From the NCBI GenBank assembly GCA_964187785.1, contig OZ076409.1, forward strand, positions 18,538,001 to 18,602,000: a stretch of DNA of 64,000 bases, written 5' to 3'. Below the pieces are notes generated by a model that ran no database searches, was not told the origin of the DNA, and saw only the letters and a program-made list of their open reading frames with translations. The DNA comes from Amphiscolops sp. MND2022. Taxonomy: Eukaryota. The translations under genes and the position numbers were made by a program. This document shows, piece by piece, positions 63,018 to 64,000 of the stretch; the first letter of the stretch is position 1, and each line of letters begins with the position of its first letter.

Positions 63018-63232
63018 GGTCGCTTTTCTCCAAGTTTTGGCTGGTGGCCAATCTGATTGGATGGTGTGGTCTAATACTAGTGCTCATCCTATTGTCCAGG
63101 GAGTTTCTGGGCTTTCCCACAACTGTAGTGATTGACGTGAAATCATCCACCTATCAGCGGTTCCCGGCAGTTTCAGTGTGTAACATGAATAGAATGAATG
63201 GCCAAGTGACTCGCCAAGAAAAATACTTCGAG
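63018..63232 (+). CDS. DEG/ENaC channel exon: TM1 and post-TM1 FPAVxxCN motif
   Basis: ttgccag acceptor; GSLFSKFWLVANLIGWCGLILVLILLSREFLGFPTTVVIDV...FPAVSVCNMNR; donor GTTAGA at 63233 is probable. Confidence 0.88.
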
Positions 63233-63623
63233 GTTAGAAACGATATTACCTCCGGGGATTATACTCAGCTTGTCGAGATTTCATCAACGTGGAATATTCG
63301 GTTATCTGTTTCCGAGTCATTGTTTTCACGTTCCACCAAAATCCACCAAAAATTTGTTTTTTTTTCGACTCCAGTAAACGTAAACACTTGAAACTCGATT
63401 ATCATTCTGATGCATACATTAAAAATAGAACAGGGCGCAAGCATCGAGTACCAGTAGAATGCATTTGTATGTCTTTTAAACTATTCATTGAGCTGGCAAG
63501 ACAAAAATAAAAACAGACACAAGTTTAGTTGAGAATTTGCCCCATTCTTCTTTCGATGATTTTGATGCCTTCCAGTTTTTCCCTCATTTCAATGCTATAA
63601 ATTAACAAGCCGGGATCGGCATT

Positions 63624-63674
63624 AGTCGGCGCCATATCTAAGGCTCAAAAATAGCAAAACGACGTCAAAGTGCC
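63624..63674 (-). repeat. GGCGCCGACT repeat core, copy 3 (inverted)
   Basis: agtcggcgccatatctaaggctcaaaaatagcaaaacgacgtcaaagtgcc. Confidence 0.88.
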
Positions 63675-64000
63675 AACTATTTTTTACAGTACGAAAGTTG
63701 GGCCGAATTGGGACGCTAAAAGAGGGACCGTTTCGGATTTTTCAACATTCATTGTTGTTTTCAACATATGATTCATCCATTCATTTCTTACATTAGATTA
63801 TTCGTTTCATTGACTTCCCAATGTTTCCATTAATTATATTTTCGGTGCGATCAAGGTGTGATACAAACTTAAAGTTGATTTACCTCCATATTGTTGATTT
63901 CCATTACTAGCATTCAGTTGCCAAAATTTCTTTAAAGTTCTCTACATTAATTAACAAGAATGATGATTACAAATATCTTTTCGGTACATAACCTATAAGG

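Noticed and set aside
63960-63986. Small further channel exon (NDDYKYLF)
   Set aside because: Too short, with a purine-rich acceptor context, and it lies at the window edge.

Overview
Eukaryotic (probably invertebrate animal; inference from the DEG/ENaC gene, GT-AG introns and TE content), AT-rich, transposon-dominated window; no prokaryotic operons, rRNA, tRNA or CRISPR seen. It holds four decayed Ty3/Gypsy LTR retrotransposons. Gypsy-A (80-4975, minus) has both LTRs, PBS, PPT and an ATGGG target-site duplication; Gypsy-B (~18.1-18.8 kb) is an LTR+gag stub; Gypsy-C (~20.8-33 kb) and Gypsy-D (~43.7-50.8 kb) are larger. There is also a 5'-truncated BEL/Pao element (~8.8-14.7 kb, minus), three copies of a CACTA/EnSpm-like non-autonomous TIR element nested in the retroelements, a CCCAGG-terminated TIR family, and a ~2 kb block duplicated in circularly permuted order. 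At the right end are 5' exons of a DEG/ENaC-family ion-channel gene. The most interesting signal is 3' of the Gypsy-C integrase: a same-strand run of accessory reading frames whose motif patterns resemble a TARG1/OARD1-type macrodomain and an SGNH/GDSL esterase fold, both apparently lacking catalytic residues, followed by a coiled-coil ORF. A second unexplained signal is ~4.7 kb of decayed minus-strand coding sequence (52.8-57.4 kb). All family assignments are by-eye motif recognition with no database search. Internal domain boundaries are approximate.
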